Positions 45,685 through 46,056 of a stretch of DNA of 46,056 bases are shown piece after piece. The DNA lies in IMG/VR virus record IMGVR_UViG_3300020409_000930, positions 1 to 46,056 of that record. One strand, written 5' to 3'. Each line of letters starts with the position of its first letter. Positions within the stretch are counted from its first letter, which is position 1. This DNA is from a virus. Taxonomy: Duplodnaviria > Caudoviricetes. A model generated the notes under the pieces. The model saw nothing but the letters and a program-made list of their open reading frames with translations, ran no database searches and was not told where the DNA came from. The translations under genes were made by a program, and so were the position numbers.

Positions 45685-46056
45685 TTAATCTTTGAGTGGA
45701 CTGTCTTTTTCTTCGTAGAAGTAATCGTTGGTATCACCAAAAGTATGGCTACTTTCGTTTTCACAGAAAAATTCACGTGTGCTTACTTGGAAGTCTGGTC
45801 TTTTTAATTCGGAAGGAGTAAGTGATTGCTCGTACCAAAGCATTCTATTATTTGGTTGTGCGAAATATTGACCATTAATCAATCTACCAAAATTGTGCTG
45901 TTTGTGTTCGCTTGGCACTTCTGAAACGCCTGTGTTCACTGTGTTTGGATCACCATGACAGGCATCTATTGTGAATAGATATTCGCCTTTCATTCTGCCG
46001 CCACCTTTTAGCATTATTTCTACATCACAGTTTTTAAGCATGGATTTTGTCCATAC
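45685..46056 (-). CDS. Conserved hypothetical phage protein (5' end probably outside window)
   Basis: GEYLFTID...EHK...GQYFAQPNNR; frame appears open to the window edge. Confidence 0.65.
   Translation of the reverse strand, partial: VWTKSMLKNCDVEIMLKGGGRMKGEYLFTIDACHGDPNTVNTGVSEVPSEHKQHNFGRLINGQYFAQPNNRMLWYEQSLTPSELKRPDFQVSTREFFCENESSHTFGDTNDYFYEEKDSPLKD

Noticed and set aside
1-46056. tRNA/rRNA genes, integrase or transposase, stop-codon reassignment
   Set aside because: Intergenic gaps are about 120 bp or less with no cloverleaf seen; no mobility genes; genes tile fully under the standard code using TAA, TAG and TGA stops

Overview
An AT-rich, gene-dense segment of a large dsDNA tailed phage genome (T4-superfamily or jumbo-phage-like). 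A marine proteobacterial host is plausible but is inference only. Left part (1-20.3 kb): an accessory island of tailoring enzymes next to a tail-fibre-like gene. It holds seven radical SAM proteins, about seven 2OG-Fe(II)/cupin oxygenases, two degenerate kinase-like proteins, two SDRs, a GNAT, a methyltransferase, a QueC-like ATPase and a true alternative oxidase (AOX). Several of these genes have TAA(A/G)TA late-promoter-like motifs only 4-5 nt upstream of the ATG. Right part (20.3-46 kb, all minus strand): MoxR-type AAA ATPase plus VWA/metallopeptidase, a T4 RNase H-like nuclease, family B DNA polymerase, DEDDh exonuclease, a clamp-like protein, GMP reductase and peroxiredoxin. Best candidate for a new system: a 7-deazaguanine locus under sigma70-type promoters (FolE, QueE, QueD-like, TGT/DpdA-like transglycosylase). 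It is interleaved with a GT-B glycosyltransferase resembling the GTDC1/QTMAN family, two NAD(P)-dependent oxidoreductases, a PRTase and a HIT hydrolase, which suggests a glycosylated or otherwise hypermodified deazaguanine. A tandem pair of 5-bp stem/8-nt loop hairpins abuts the polymerase SD and resembles the T4 gp43 translational operator. All family calls come from motif recognition; no database searches were run. Several start codons were adjusted from the supplied ORF track.
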